A stretch of DNA of 64,000 bases from Podarcis tiliguerta (taxonomy: Eukaryota). Position 1 is the first letter of the stretch, and each line of letters starts with the position of its first letter. The translations under genes and the position numbers were made by a program. Below, in pieces: positions 1 to 13,747 of the stretch. The stretch lies in the NCBI GenBank assembly GCA_965153285.1, contig OZ229111.1, one strand, 5' to 3'. Under the pieces are notes generated by a model. The model ran no database searches and was not told the DNA's origin. It was given only the letters and a program-made list of their open reading frames with translations.

Positions 1-3000
1 ATGTGAGCTAAAATCACTTGAAAATACAACCAAGAGTTTGGGCAGAATTTCTGTTTCCTTGTGCAAGGTGTTTGTAGTTAAGGCAAGAATATGAAGATTG
101 ATGCGTGGATCCAAAACAACTTACTCTCAGTGTAGGGGAAGTAATGACACCACAGTGCCTGGCACTAGTATATTAAAAGAAGGGTGTGTGTGTTTTAATA
201 AGCATGATGGCGCTGCTTCTGGTAGTATTAGTTCAAACTGATGGAATTAGGAAATCATTTCTCTGTAAATACACAAGAGTAGTAGTTTTTTAAAAAGTGT
301 TTTGTTCCCCTGCAGTTTTATTTTAAGCAAATATTGAAGGACTTGGCAAATGCACTGACTCAACATGCAAAATTTGCCCTGGCTTCCCTCTCCTTGGTCT
401 GCTATCCTTTCTCTCCGACATCTCCCTACTCCTTGTTATCCCCACATGCACAAAACATGTACAGCAAAGTGCCAAACTAATCTGGTTTTGCTGTGTGTAA
501 TGTGTTCCTTTAGCAATAGGGGAGAAACAGTTAAATTGTGGATGTGTCTCAAAGACAAGGGGAAATCCCCTTTCTGACCTTTTCAATCTTCCGACACAAG
601 TGCTGTTTCCTCTTGTGCAATGGAAAGCTAGAGACAACCTGAGTTTGATGAGTTTCCCGTTAAAAGAGTATCAGTACATAGACACCATTTTCTCTATGGC
701 TTACTCAGCTTTAGCACTCTGTCTTTCTCAAAGTGAATGGAACAACAGCTAGTTTCTGTGAACTTTGAGGCCTGGAAGACAGGAGCAAGATACTAACCAG
801 TACATTTGCAAGTCTGGAAAATTATTCCAAAATTTCCTTAGTTTTTGTAATCTCAAACTGATCTCAATAAATACATGCTCCACTTAAATCTAGCAAATGT
901 GTTTAGGACCAAGATAAAAGTCCAAGCTGTTTCATTTCTCCATTGCAGCCCAGGAATTACAAAATTATCTGCTACATTTTTTGGAACAATCCTGGTGCTC
1001 GAAGGTGTGCTTCCACTGTAACAAATTCACTGCAACACTCCTAGCAATTCCTGTGAGCCCCAAGTCCTCCTCTGCCTCCCTTATATCCAGTGCTTTCTTC
1101 AGGCTCTTCCCCCAAGCTGTTACAATTCAGAGCATAAAGAGTGATGTGGGCTGGAGTCTTGTAGAAGAGAAGACCAGCAGCTGCTTAAGGAGGAGCGGAA
1201 GGGCCCTGGATTAGGTGGAATGGCTGAATGCTTTGCAGCAAGCCTGCCTGAAGATCAGGGAATGAGAGCTGAATGCCAGTAGGGATCTCTTCTGTATGCT
1301 GAAAGGAAGGAAACTGCCTCCCTAAGTTTTTCTTTTACTCATTTACGAATGTATGCATCAAGTGTATAAAAGGTACATCTGAAAAAGAACATCAACACAG
1401 AGCAGAAGTAGGAAAAGTAAGGGTGTCAGGGAAAGAAGAAGTGACAGAGAGCTCTGTTGCAAAGGAAGGAAGTAACAGGAGGAACTGCAGCTACTAGTCA
1501 AAATTAGATTTTTATGTGGCTCGTAACATTTGAAACTTATAAAATGCTTCTGAAATACTAATGATATTTAACAATATATATGCAAAAATGATGCTCTGTT
1601 TAAAAATAAATTACTAGAATTAGAAAGAGAACCGTTTTTGAAGCAACCAGTCAATTCATCTGGTTGGTAACCAGATGAATCAGAATTGTAGAGTTGGGTC
1701 AACGAGTGCAACCCTCTGCAATGCAGGAATCTCAACACACTGTTCCCCATCCTATTTGAAATCATACTGGAGCCTGCTTAGCTTTGCAAACTGTACTAGC
1801 AATTTTACTGCTGCACTGCACCACTGGCCTTTGAATAAAGGGAGTTAAAGTCAAAGGAGTGGCAATAATTTTCTCTCTCCCAAAATCAAGATGTTTTATT
1901 TTCCACCTTTTTAAAGAAACTTTTTAAAAAAAACATCCATATATACACATCAGGAAACTGGTGTAATAGTAGATGCTGCTCGAAGTTGCATGTATTTGCT
2001 AACATCACAAAGTATCACTTCCCCTTTAGTAAAGTAAGTGCTTTGTATGTAATACACTGACTGCACTCTACACATGATGCTAAGCCATATTTTAGCGCTA
2101 TGTAAATGAGATGCAGAATGCAATGCACTGGGCTCACATGCTCTTCCATTTGACGGCTTGTCATGTTATATGGAAGAGGAACCCAGACTTACGACAAACT
2201 TGAGGAAGCTTCAAAACAAGCCCACAGGTTTGAAGGTGGCTTGTGTTGAAACTTCGCAGAGTTTAAGGCAGGATTTCTGGTTCATGCAACATGACACTAA
2301 TGTGAAATGGACTCTAATGACTGCAGAAATCCTCCTGCTGGTCATGAGGGAGGAAGAAAGGGAAAGTGGCAGCTCATCTAGCATTAAACAATGGTGTAGT
2401 GTTATGTATGTATGCAAGGCACCAAAAAGGTCTGCATAATGCAGTTCTAGGAAGAGGGTAGGAGCAGATTCCTGCATACTTGGGGAGATGGATTCCTGAG
2501 GTATGCAGGGAAAAAAAGATAATACCTAGCTGCCCAAAGGCTGGCAAGCACAGGGACTGTACACCTCTTCCCCGTATAATTGAGGGATCAGCTTTCATCC
2601 AGTCAGAAATGGGAGATTGGCTGAAGTGAATAAAGTGGCTTGGTGCTTGCTCCCCTTCAGTCTGGGAGCTTGGCCTCAATAATTCCCCATTGCCATTTAA
2701 AGGATCACATGGGAAGAACTGGTATTGGAGGACATGCACAGAACCCCCCACCCTCATAGGCATTCTGAAGCCCAGGTGGGCTATGGAATCTGTCGCCAGT
2801 ACTATGGACTAATCCAGGAAAGGAGATCCGTGCTCAGAATTATGCGTCTCCATGCATAGTCACTCACTGTGTCAGATGTTCATACAAATGCACCAAAACG
2901 TGCACAGGTAGTCTGTAAACACCACATTGTTTTCAATGGGATGCACATTCAGATCTGCATTTGGATGTAATTCACAAACATAATCCCTGATCCACTAAGT

Positions 3001-5529
3001 GACATGCCTAGCAGAAGTTGTCCTCTATATTTAACCGAATCAAGGATAGGAAGCATCTGGAACAAAGTAGAAGGAAAAATTACCCCTTTTACCCTACCCC
3101 TCATCCTCCCTGCATTCTGTTTTTATGAAGCCATGAAGATGTGGACAACTTTTAGCAAAATCTTTTAAAAAATGGAAATCTACACTTTTTACACACTATT
3201 TAGGGAATTCTGCCATGTACAGCAGTTCAAGTGATAGCAACTAGCATGAAAAAATTGTGGAAAGCTGTCAAAGCCTATAAATATTAGAAGATGCCACCAA
3301 GCTTTCACATCTTACCAAACAAAGGAAAAACCTTTGCTCAGACCTCTGGCACAGTTTCCATTGAAATGAATGGGGGTAGTGAATGAACAGTGCAAGAAAG
3401 CTACAATTCCCATTAAGAGTTTTATCAGATGGAAATATTGCCAGTTATTGCCATTTACTGTGGGTCCATTAAAAAGAAATTTAGCTATGGAAAACATGCA
3501 TACGTATTAATACAATCTATAAATCACACAGAAATAGGCAACACTTTTCAGATAACTCTTTCCTGCATTAACCTGCAGTTAATGAGCATTCGATAATCCA
3601 TATAATCTTCCCCACCCACTGAAAATGCTAAAATACTTTGTTCCCTACTGAAACTACCTATTTTTCAAAGAAAGCAATTGACAAACCCTTCCGTTTTATT
3701 GCTGAAGTCCGCGGCATAATTCCAGAAAGAGAAAGCTATTCTTGCTGCCTCCAAAGCTGCTTAACACAGAGAGTGAGACACTCAGTATGAAAGTAAACCA
3801 ACCACTGAGGTGCTAAGTTCTGTGACTGGATAAGGTCAGTAACTTCATTAAAATAAACAAAGAAATTGGCAACCAGTTCTACTTCTTATAAGCATCATTT
3901 TTATATGGGGGGGGGAGGGGAGAAGACTCATTTGTGGGACCCCAAGTCTAGCGTTCAACCACCTTCTACCCCTCAATTCCAGGAATGATGGAATATTCTT
4001 TCTGCTCTCATACGGAGAAGAGAATTTAATCTAGGGCACATCAATTTGGAAACATGCCATTTTAGTTCAATGACAAGCGAATTGCTCTGTACATCATGAA
4101 ACTATGGACGGAAACTTTTCATATACCAATAGAGGCTTGGGTTAATAACATCTGGATCATTGCTCTATCAGAATGCCTCACATACCATCAGCAACTAATC
4201 AAAGGCATCTCCAAAAAAGATAGCTTTGAGACAATCTGGTCTTTCTTTTTCTCTTTTATTGAAGAGGAACAGAATATTTTAATGCCACCATCATCACAGA
4301 GCTGTCTGTGGAGGGGATATATTGATTGAAAATGTATTGTATAGTAATTGTACTATAACTTTTGAATAAATGTCTTAATTTTTTTAATGAAATGTGTGCA
4401 GCATGCTGCCTATACCACTGAATAGGTGAAGATCCTTAGCATGTAAGAGTGCCATGTGTGCATTGGAGATATGTGCAGGGAGCTCCTAGACCAGATGTAT
4501 TGTAAAATTTCTTGCCATAAACTTGCATAATAAATTACAAGTACTATATATGAGAATATTTTTCTGCTTACACGTTCCTTTTCTTAATTTACCCCCACAT
4601 TTGAAAACTAAGGCTACAACATTTAACTGATTAATTCATCAGCGAGGAACCTCTGGCTTGTGGACCCAGCAAAGGTCCTAATTAGGCACACAAGGTAGTT
4701 TCTCCCAAGACATGCCCACACATAGGGGCAAGTAAAGATGTGGCCTCTTGCAGTCCATATGTCAACCATATGACCATCATTGCTTGCGGTCCCCCAAGGG
4801 TTTGCCTGCATAGTCAGAAATCAAACCATGCAGCCAATGGGAGCAGGCTTTACAGGCAATGATTCATGGTGCCTGCAACCCCTTGAGAATTTCTTTGTCC
4901 ATGTCGTTTGCAATCAAATGGGCAAAAGAATACACTTCACAGGAGATCATGGTACCTCAGGTGACTGACAAGATGTGCTTTTGGTAGTTTACCCAGTGAA
5001 AATTCGCCAAACTAGTGAGCTTTCAGTGCTGATGCAATACCTTTTCCCTGGAAGCAAAACACTGGTTTATTTAAACTGGGCATAGTATGCAAATGTATCA
5101 ACCAATGTTGTTCCAGTCCTGCCAGGCCCAAGGAAATCCTTGGATTTTGTAACTCCTTGAGCAACCATGATGGGCTAAAAAGGAAGAACAGCGGTAGAAA
5201 TGTTCATACCCTGTGCAACCTCTTGAGGGTGGCAGAGGATCAAAGTGACTTCTTTTGCTGAAGCAAAGTGTCTGCCAGTGCACTTTCGGGTAACAAGAAC
5301 ACTTTGATAACAGGCTGAGGAACACCTGTGGTATAGAAAATGAATTTTCAGCAACGCTTATGAAGCAGAAGCTTCTGAGTTTGTGTCCAGATGACCACAA
5401 CACATAAAAGGGTGCATAAGGTGGTTAAGAGTCCCTATCAGCTGGCCTCTCACCACATCCCGTGGCCAGTCACCCATCCATCAATGTCCATGCACACATC
5501 AGAAGGGCATCTACGCTCATTTATGTGCA

Positions 5530-5710
5530 ACCTTGAAAAGTACTTTATATTGGCTTACATCATCATTCCACCTAGCTCAGCTTTCTCTACAATGACTGGC
5601 AGCAGCTCTCCAGGTTTTCACACATTGCCAGCCCAACTTGGAGATGTTGAGGACTGAATTTGGGACCCTCTGCATGAAAAGCAAATGCTCTACCACTAAG
5701 CTATGGCCCT
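5530..5710 (-). mobile_element. Old tRNA-derived SINE, degenerate
   Basis: The minus strand reads gggccatagcttagtggtagagcatttgcttttcatgcagagggtccc..., a tRNA-like head with an A-box, followed by a squamate SINE-like body. Confidence 0.6.
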
Positions 5711-6119
5711 TTGCATATTCCCCCTTGCATGGAGGAATGCTCATGTGAGTATGTACACAGAACCTCTTCTCACACATGTCTGACTTGGGTGAAGCAAAGA
5801 AGCTCACACTCTTCCCCTGGCAGCCCTCTGAGATGCCCCCAAACTTTTTTCTGAGGGTTGGGGAACCTCCCATTCCATCTGGGAAGATTTCCCCATCCTC
5901 AGCTCCCATGCCACAACTCACTCCATTCCATAGGCTATCCCAAGAGGCTCTTCAGGGGACTTAGAAGGCTGCTGAAGGAGGAACAGGGAAGTCACCTTCC
6001 ATTCTCACATCTCTGGATCCAAGCTAGCGTCATCCAATTTAAAATTAATGTTTACTATATATTGCATCATCATAATAATATTGAAGAATAATAATATTAA
6101 TATTCACCCATTTCCTTAC

Positions 6120-6180
6120 CTCCATCTTCTAGAAAATATTGTACAGCCATCAATACTTTCCCTTGAGGTTGCAAGTCAAG
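6120..6180 (-). CDS. PRKCD: Protein kinase C delta, third coding exon (61 nt)
   Basis: Translates LDLQPQGKVLMAVQYFLEDG plus 1 nt. Acceptor is ttcttcttag| and donor is GAG|GTAAGG. It continues in frame from the previous exon. Confidence 0.95.
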
Positions 6181-6996
6181 CTAAGAAGAACAAAATCAAC
6201 AAATTACCTTCCAGTTACACTAAAATTCCTACAAACATCTTGTTCTACATTCTGAAAATATCACATGCAGAGGGGCAAGTCACAGTTGAAGACTACTTTC
6301 CTTCTCTCTCACATCTATTTCACAATGACAACAATGTTGATACTGTTAGTTTCTTAATTATTATGGAGTCACCCCACATTTCATTTATCGTCAGCTGAAT
6401 GTAAACAATAAAACCATACAAGGATTGTCTGGCTGTATGGAAGTTCCACATCATTTGCATTAACCCAAATACCACCGATTCCCACAGTTTCCCACTGAGA
6501 GCCTCTCTAAATAAGCAGAACATCATTTGAGCTTTGCCCAGATTTATGGACTACCAGGTTACAATGCCACCCACTGCTGGCAAATTCACTTTGGGGTAAA
6601 TTATCAGCCTCAGATCCACTAGCTCACCAGCACTTCATCCGACAGATTAAAATCCTGAGGGCACACGTCACAACTGCAAGGCCCATCAGTTTATCACAAA
6701 TTAGCCTAATCTTTTCTCTATCCCCGTCAGGGATACAGAGCAAGGTTGTGGAAATAAGACACAGTAATGACATCAAGGACATGAGGCACGTTGAAGCACA
6801 CATTATGTTCCTTTTCTAAGGAACTAGACAAGGAGCATTCCCATTTTTTGAGAACATGAAGTTCTGCTGAGAATAATCTTAACAAGTGAAAAATTCCTAT
6901 GCTATGAGCATGTGGCCCTCTAGAGATCTGCTTCTAAGCTGTATAGACTTAGGGTAACACAGTAGAAAATAATTAATCACATGGTGTCATACTCAC

Positions 6997-7196
6997 CCAG
7001 AATTCTGCTTTCCCATTGCCTTTCTTACATCTTTCAGCCAAAACAGATACACCCACAGTCACCTCAGATAATGGGTCTTCTGCTGCTTTCATGAGAACAA
7101 TCTGAATGACGCGGCCCTCATAAATGTGGGCATCAAATGAAGATTTCCAGTCTGGGTACATAGTGGGTTTCTTTTGAATCAAGGTTTTGCCTCTCT
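6997..7196 (-). CDS. PRKCD: Protein kinase C delta, second coding exon (200 nt, C2-like domain)
   Basis: Translates (E)[66 protein letters not shown] and lies within ORF 6973..7209. Acceptor is tttccag|AG and donor is TGG|GTGAGT; the phase fits both neighbouring exons. Confidence 0.97.
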
Positions 7197-7949
7197 CTGG
7201 AAATGTCACAGAAAAGGCATAAATGAAGAGCTGCCAGGAAAAACACTAAATTTCACAATCACAACCAACAGACGATTTTAATTTTATTAGAACTATAGCC
7301 AGGAAATAAATCTCAACAATGTTAAGATAACAAAGAAGGATTTTTTAAAAACACATCAACTGCAATAACAGCCAATGAACATTGAATAAGTCTTATTTTA
7401 GTCATTGTTTAGATTGCCTTTTCCCTAGGGTCCCCAGCCCATTGCCCCAATGGAGAACCCTGGCCCTTCTCATTGTTTAAAAAGTTTATTTTCCTTTATT
7501 GTGCTTTGGGTGGCACTAAGCTCCTAGGAAAACCAAGTACAGGCGTCCAACCACATCAACCCTCCTCCCTTTCCCTTCCCCAGAATGCCACTGGGACCCA
7601 TGTGGGATGTTTCTCTTGTTTGTGCTGATGGATTTTGCCTTCAACATGTGTGTTGCTTTTTGGGGTACATGGGTGGGTCTCACCTGTTTGACTTCTTCAG
7701 TAGAGTTTGCCTGTTTTTTGTGCCTTAAGGTGGTGAGTGGATTTCCCCTGATTTCCCCAATGCCCCCACAGCTTTTCCAGATTTGGGGAATTGCCAAAAT
7801 TGTTTAGCTGCTTTGTGGGGTGGATGTGTGTTACTTCTGTGAAATGGGTTGTGCTTTGGGGCACGGGAAATATCTGTTTTCAAAGTTGGGATTCAGAGCC
7901 AACTTCTCTCTTATAGGCATGCTCTCCCTCTCTCTTTTGCAAAGTTATT

Positions 7950-8330
7950 TGTCCTCCATGACATCAAAGATCCCTTGGGCAGCTTTTCTGTCACTAGATA
8001 GATGCCCAATGAAAGCCATTTTATAGTGGTGCCCACAAGAGTTTCTCAGATTTCCAAATGCGGCCTAATATCCAGGCCCAATTTTGGCAACTGTGTTAGT
8101 TGAGCCATGATAAATAGCCGAATCTCTGTAAACTGTATGGAGAGTGATCGGTTCCTTAATATTCTGACATAGGATTTAAGTTCAGAGTTAAGTTTATGTT
8201 TATCCAACAGCTGTTTTGTTTGATGCACGTCTCTCAGTATGATGGACTGTCCAAACAGTAGTAAAGAATAGCACCTCAGTTTGGCTTTATTAGGCAAGGA
8301 CTGCCAAAACCAACATTATAAATTAGGTAT
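7950..8330 (-). mobile_element. Possible highly degraded non-LTR retrotransposon ORF2 C-terminal fragment (RTE-X-like?)
   Basis: ORF 8046..8297 (…KHKLNSELKSYVRILRNRSLSIQFTEIRL…) loosely resembles the 'YL..L.....R.AFT..R' C-terminal region of LINE ORF2. Weak resemblance only. Confidence 0.25.
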
Positions 8331-9799
8331 TTGACAAGCAGGCTGATGTTAGCTTGCCAAATGTTCACAAATAGCCACCTGAGGATATTCTGCATTCTGC
8401 AGACTTCTGCTTTATCTCCTCTGCTTCTGCCAAAAAGCTTTTACCTGGTCTCAGAGATCCTTTCTAGTAACAGCTACTCAGAGCAGATGTTTTCAATTAA
8501 TGAAAAGTGAATCTCAGAGCTTCCAACCTCTACCCTTTCTGCAATTTTGTTGTGGCAACTTCTATAACAATGTCCTCAAAGGCAGATCGGCAGCCCATGA
8601 ATTTCCAGATAAAGATTAATGCTGCTCTAGTATCCCCTCCAGCATCTGTTACATTTTTTCTTGAAGATTTTAAAGGAACTCTACCCATTTGTCGTGGTGA
8701 TCTAACACATGCTTGACTGTGTTGGCCTAAAAGGAGGAAATCCAACTATGCAGTAATCAGCCTGGGCCTAAGAAAATATTTCCCCCATTTTACATTTGGC
8801 TAGAAAATGTTCACTTGAGTGACATTTGGGTGTACGGATTTTACTGGCACATGGACCAGAATTAGAAAATGTTAATTATGAGACAGAGGTCAAATGATTT
8901 TTTTTTGTTCAACTTCAACATGCTCTCCCACAATGATTACACTGACATAAAAGTGTATATGTATTACTTATGAACAGATAAAATATTAAAGATTTTCAGT
9001 TTATCCATTTTGCTGAACTATTTGTGCATCCAAAAATATTTAAAATAAACCAGAGCAATACTTTTAAATCTTCATTCACAGTATGGATATGCATTTGTTC
9101 CATAATAAATGGGGAAAAAAGGGTCCATTCATTTCTTTCCAAAAAGGGTCCATGGAACATACAGAATGGAAACGAACGAGCTTTTCTAGTTCTAATAGCA
9201 ACAGCCATTGCTTAAAGTTAGAAGGAAAGAAAGCACTTATTATGTAACTATTTTTAGTCCAAGCCCTGGGTGACAATTGGTTTTCATGCAGTGCAAAAGA
9301 AAAGGCCTCAAGAATATTTTTAAGGGTCTAAAGTTCAGTAAGGAAGGCCAGCAATACTCCTGAGCCTTCTAAGAAAGGAGTCACACAGGGCCAGGGTTTA
9401 TCCATCGAAGCTCTAGGGAACCTCCTTATCCTGATAAAAGGTTATCAAAGATACTGTTTCCTAAGATGCAGGCATACCTTGTTTCCCTGACCTCTTTAGC
9501 CAAAGGTGTTTTTTCCCCTTTTTTTTAGTTGGAAAGCCTTCCTCCCAGATGCCGAGAGTTTTCAGTGCAAAACACACATACACATACACATACACAACAC
9601 ACGGAAGTACTGTATCAACATGTAAAACCTTCATGAAAACTGAATGGAAAGCACAGAAGTTATAGGCAGCAGAAAAGCAGATGGGTGCACCACTGAACTG
9701 GATGGGAAATGACATTGAATGGTAACAACAACCTGAATTAGGCTTTCAGTAACGAAAGGAGAAATTCTTCTTGCACACCCTTCTCTGAACTATGATTTT

Positions 9800-9832
9800 A
9801 ATAATAATAATAATAATAACAATAATAATAAT
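9800..9832. repeat. (AAT)n microsatellite
   Basis: ataataataataataataacaataataata. Confidence 0.9.
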
Positions 9833-10272
9833 CCTTCGCATGCCTGTGTACAGTGGTCTTCTTCTAAAAAGAATGACAGAATATGTAGGTGGAACCACAA
9901 GACAGTTCCTGCTGATGAGTTGAGTTCCACCCAAAAAAGTGACTTTTGAATAATGGACTCTGAAGAGAGAAGAAAAGCAGGCAACAAAACAATCTTCTGC
10001 TAATTGGACAACAAAGCCTTCCGGCTCTAGTAATGGATTGTAGTAAAGAAGTATCTTTTCAAGATATGACGGGGATGGCATTTCACACCGAATCCATTCT
10101 CACATTATGCTTTGGATTTAAAATAATGCAACAAGACTAAAATAATAAAAATGGAAATAATAATTGATTAACTTCAGCTTTCACATTAAAAAATAAGGTG
10201 TTAAAAATTCATAGTACATACCAGCATGGTGGTACATCCATTTGAATTTTTTATTCAAAGCTACCTTTATCT

Positions 10273-10600
10273 CTCGGTCCAGTATATCTGAAGGAGCGTC
10301 TCCACCCCCATCGTTCTGCTCAGACACTGAGGTCCAACACCGAGGGCCTTCTGGCGGTTCCCTCACTGCGAGAAGCCAAGTTACAGGGAACCAGGCAGAG
10401 GGCCTTCTCGGTAGTGGCGCCCTCCCTGTGGAACGCCCTCCCACCAGATGTCAAAGAGAATAATAACTACCAGACTTTTAGAAGACATCTGAAGGCAGCC
10501 CTGTTTAGGAAAGCTTTTAATGTTTGATGTATTATGGTATTTTAATATTTTGTTGGAAGATGGCTGGGGTATAAATATATTATTATTTTTTTTTATTATT
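10273..10600 (+). mobile_element. L2-clade LINE 3' fragment
   Basis: Closely similar to 51572-51957 (gaaggagcgtctccacccccatcgtt...ggcagccctgtttagg...ggggtataaat). It ends in a (TAT)n tail followed by (CAT)n. Confidence 0.85.
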
Positions 10601-10946
10601 ATCATCATCATCATCGTCATCATCATCATCATCTCTTCCTGATACATTGCCTATGATCAGATGACTTAAATCCAAATGATGCTGTACACAAATAGCCATA
10701 TTCTTCACTCTTTCCCTGTCATTGGGATTAAACTGGCCTATGCCACATACATTAGACTAGAAACTGCATCATTTGACACCTTAAGGTTGTAATCGTATAC
10801 ACATTTACTTTGGAGTACATCGCTACCGACTCAGTGAGATTTCCTTTCTCATAAACAAGCACACAATTAGACTCGGGTCCTGCCAGACCATATGTGAGGA
10901 ATTCCAGACCACAAATGGAATCAATTCAACTGATCAATCTTCTTAC

Positions 10947-11061
10947 CTGTCGTCAAGGCCTCTTTCATTTTTATTGCACAGAATGGCTGTAGTTGCTCTC
11001 CTTGATTCGGCATAGGTCCTAGCTCAAAGGAGTTGAATGATATTCGTAAGAAGGGAGCCAT
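10947..11061 (-). CDS. PRKCD: Protein kinase C delta, first coding exon (aa 1-38, 115 nt coding; exon acceptor at 11084-11085, exon starts 11083)
   Basis: The reverse complement translates [38 protein letters not shown], which matches the PKC-delta N-terminus. The ATG is in a good Kozak context (GAAATGG). Acceptor is tgtgtag|G and donor is ACAG|GTAAGA (phase 1). Confidence 0.96.
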
Positions 11062-13747
11062 TTCTCATAGCACAATTGTAAACCTACACAGGGGAAAAAC
11101 AGACAAAAAAGTTAAGGCTAGAGTTAGAAATTGGGCCGTGTGGAGAAAATAAGATGAAGAAAGGACTCAGTAAACCTTGCTTGAAATCAACTCCTGGTGT
11201 GTTCTGATACCCATCTGCTGAGTTGACTAAATTTATAGGGAAAAGATTAGATGCTTCTTTCTTTCCAGTAAAATTATAATAAATCCAATTCAGAGTAAAT
11301 CTGAATCCAGACATTCTAGTTCACATATAGCTTTTTAAAACCAAAAAGCAAAATGCATCATGTTATTGTGTGCATATTGGCTCAGCTCCTAAGAACTAAG
11401 TGTCTCGCTCTTCTCATGGAATAGAGGTTTTCACACTTTCTGTACCCCCAAAACCAGATCTATAAGGTCTGAGGACCTTGGGAAATGGTGTGAGATATGG
11501 CATAAGAGAGGCTGCAGATGGCTGGAAGATTTGAAAACTGCAGGATGAGCAGAAGTGCTTTTCTGCTCACAGTGCACACTTTTTGGAACCAAACCACATA
11601 TCTTTGGCTAGTGGCCATAATTAACCTTTCTAACTGACACATCATACATAAATCTCTTCATTTTTCTTATCCTGCTGTTGGAAACTTATTGCTCTAGATC
11701 ACTGTCCATCTTGATAAGACACTTAAGCCCCACCAGTATTTAGCTAATGACAAATTTATTATCAGAAAGCAAACATGTGTTTGGCTCCCTGCAGTTCTGT
11801 CATTGTGTTTAAGGCTGACACAAGCGCCCAAAACAAGTCATCAGTAGAATGTTTCATTCTTCTCTGGACTAAATGAGAGCACAAATGTTGTTCATTTGTT
11901 TGCTTCATCTTACTTTAAATAAATCACTACCCCCATTTTGTCTAGACGGCTTGGTATAAAGATTTTAATGTTATAAGTCTTCTCATTCAAAATACTAATA
12001 TCTCACCCAACCCCCAAACTGAAATCAAGGTGACTCACATAAAAGCATATCATAGAATAAAAAACACAGTATAAAATTATAAGCAAATCATGCGTACTTA
12101 AATATAAACATTAAAGTTAAAATACTTCCAATTTGACATATTAGCTATGCATCTTTTAAAGCAACACTAGATGACAAATATTTCAGACCTAAGAGAAAAC
12201 TCTGCTTTAGAAAGCCTGTGGTCCAATATTACTATAAAAGAAAAACAAAATCTGTAATGAAAGATAAACTAAAAAGAAGTCTGTTTGATGTTTACAAATA
12301 GACATGAGGTCATCCTTACATTTTCTAACATATCACAAGACATTCAGTCTGCACATTCTCAGTACAAGCTACAAGCATTACAGCCAGAAACTATGATCTA
12401 AACCTCAAAATATGTGAAGCTTGATTGAATCATCATTCATGTGCATGGGAAACCTTTCACACAGATAAACTTATGTGATCTATTTGCCTGCATAATTAGG
12501 AAGTCCAGTATTTCACTTGTGAAATATGCATGAAGTACAAAAGCATCTGGTTTTAGTACTTTCCCCTGCCACCTAGTACTTTCAGTCTTTTTTAAAAAAA
12601 CAAAAACTACTCTAACCCACAAATCAGATCAGGTTCTATCCTGTCTTTCTTCTTTCCCCCATTTGCTTGCTTAAATCATTCGGAATTATTTGGACCTCAT
12701 TCCCTACTGTCTGCTTGTTCTCTCAATTACATGCATGTTATTATAAAAATATTTTCAGATCTGATGTGTATTTTGGCATGAGATTGTAGGGCAAACACAC
12801 ATCTTGGTTTCCTCAATTAAAAGACAAAAACGAATTCACAACTGTAATCCCCATTATATCTATACAGTATATCTATATATATATTTAATTTCTCCATTGC
12901 TTTAGTAACACTCTTCACCTGTCCTGCATTAGCAACCACACAAATATAACCTTTACTACTTCCTTACACTGAAGTCAATCTTAATCACAGAGCAATTCTG
13001 TTTCACAGGTAGATTTCCACATGAGATCTGCAAAAAACTCGCTTGTCAGTGGCTCATCCTGGCAAATCGGTAGGTGGCGCTCTTTCCACTGTATCAGTAA
13101 TTGATCTTCAGAAACCATACTACAACACGAATTGTTGTAAAGTGTCGCTTCTGTCTTAAATTGGCTTAAAACCATTTTTTAAAATGCACAGCACACTCTT
13201 GCATACTATTTTGTCAGTCCAACGAAAGGGTTTCATTTGCTATGATTAAAAATGTCGTATTTTAATGTTGTATTTTAACATAACCATAAATAACTGGTGT
13301 ATAATTTCAAATAAGCACCACTTATTATGTTATAACCTAAACCGAGGAATACACCCTGATTACTATAAGCAAAGCCCAACCATAAGATACACAATGATGC
13401 CACAAATTCCTTGCCACCATTTGCCACCTCACACAATGGCTGGTGTGAATAAATGAAGAAGGTGCAGCCTTCAATTCTTCCAGTCTTAATTTTTTTTTTT
13501 AAAAAAATGTTTTTATTAAAGATTTTCTTGGGTTATTCTTCCAGTCTTTATTATTCAGACCACCACCATCCCATCCACTGGTCACTCCAGTCATTGGCAC
13601 AGGTATGCCACCTTCCAGATTCTTCCAGTTCCACTTTGCAGAAAGTTCCTCTTTCTTTTTGTTTCACTCCAGACTATGTTATTAATGGAGCAGATTTCAA
13701 AGCAAAATGGAAGTAAGAAGAACATGCATTTTACAGTAATAACATAA

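Noticed and set aside
3312-3497. '...FSFVW' followed by a gtaag donor-like site as the next PRKCD exon (expected ...FCSVCKDFVW)
   Set aside because: The upstream residues do not match the pseudosubstrate/C1A sequence (RRGAIKQAK...HEFIATFF). I did not find the next exon in 1-6119, so it probably lies outside the window.
4620-5330. Possible old LINE C-terminal zinc-knuckle remnant ('GHIFTCP') on the minus strand
   Set aside because: The motif is too short and the surrounding frame does not match any family I can recognise. It needs a BLASTx/Dfam search.
8441-8468. 19-nt minus-strand microexon candidate (ttactag|…CCAG|GTAAAA) in a PRKCD coding intron
   Set aside because: Weak polypyrimidine tract and a frame-shifting length, with no supporting evidence.
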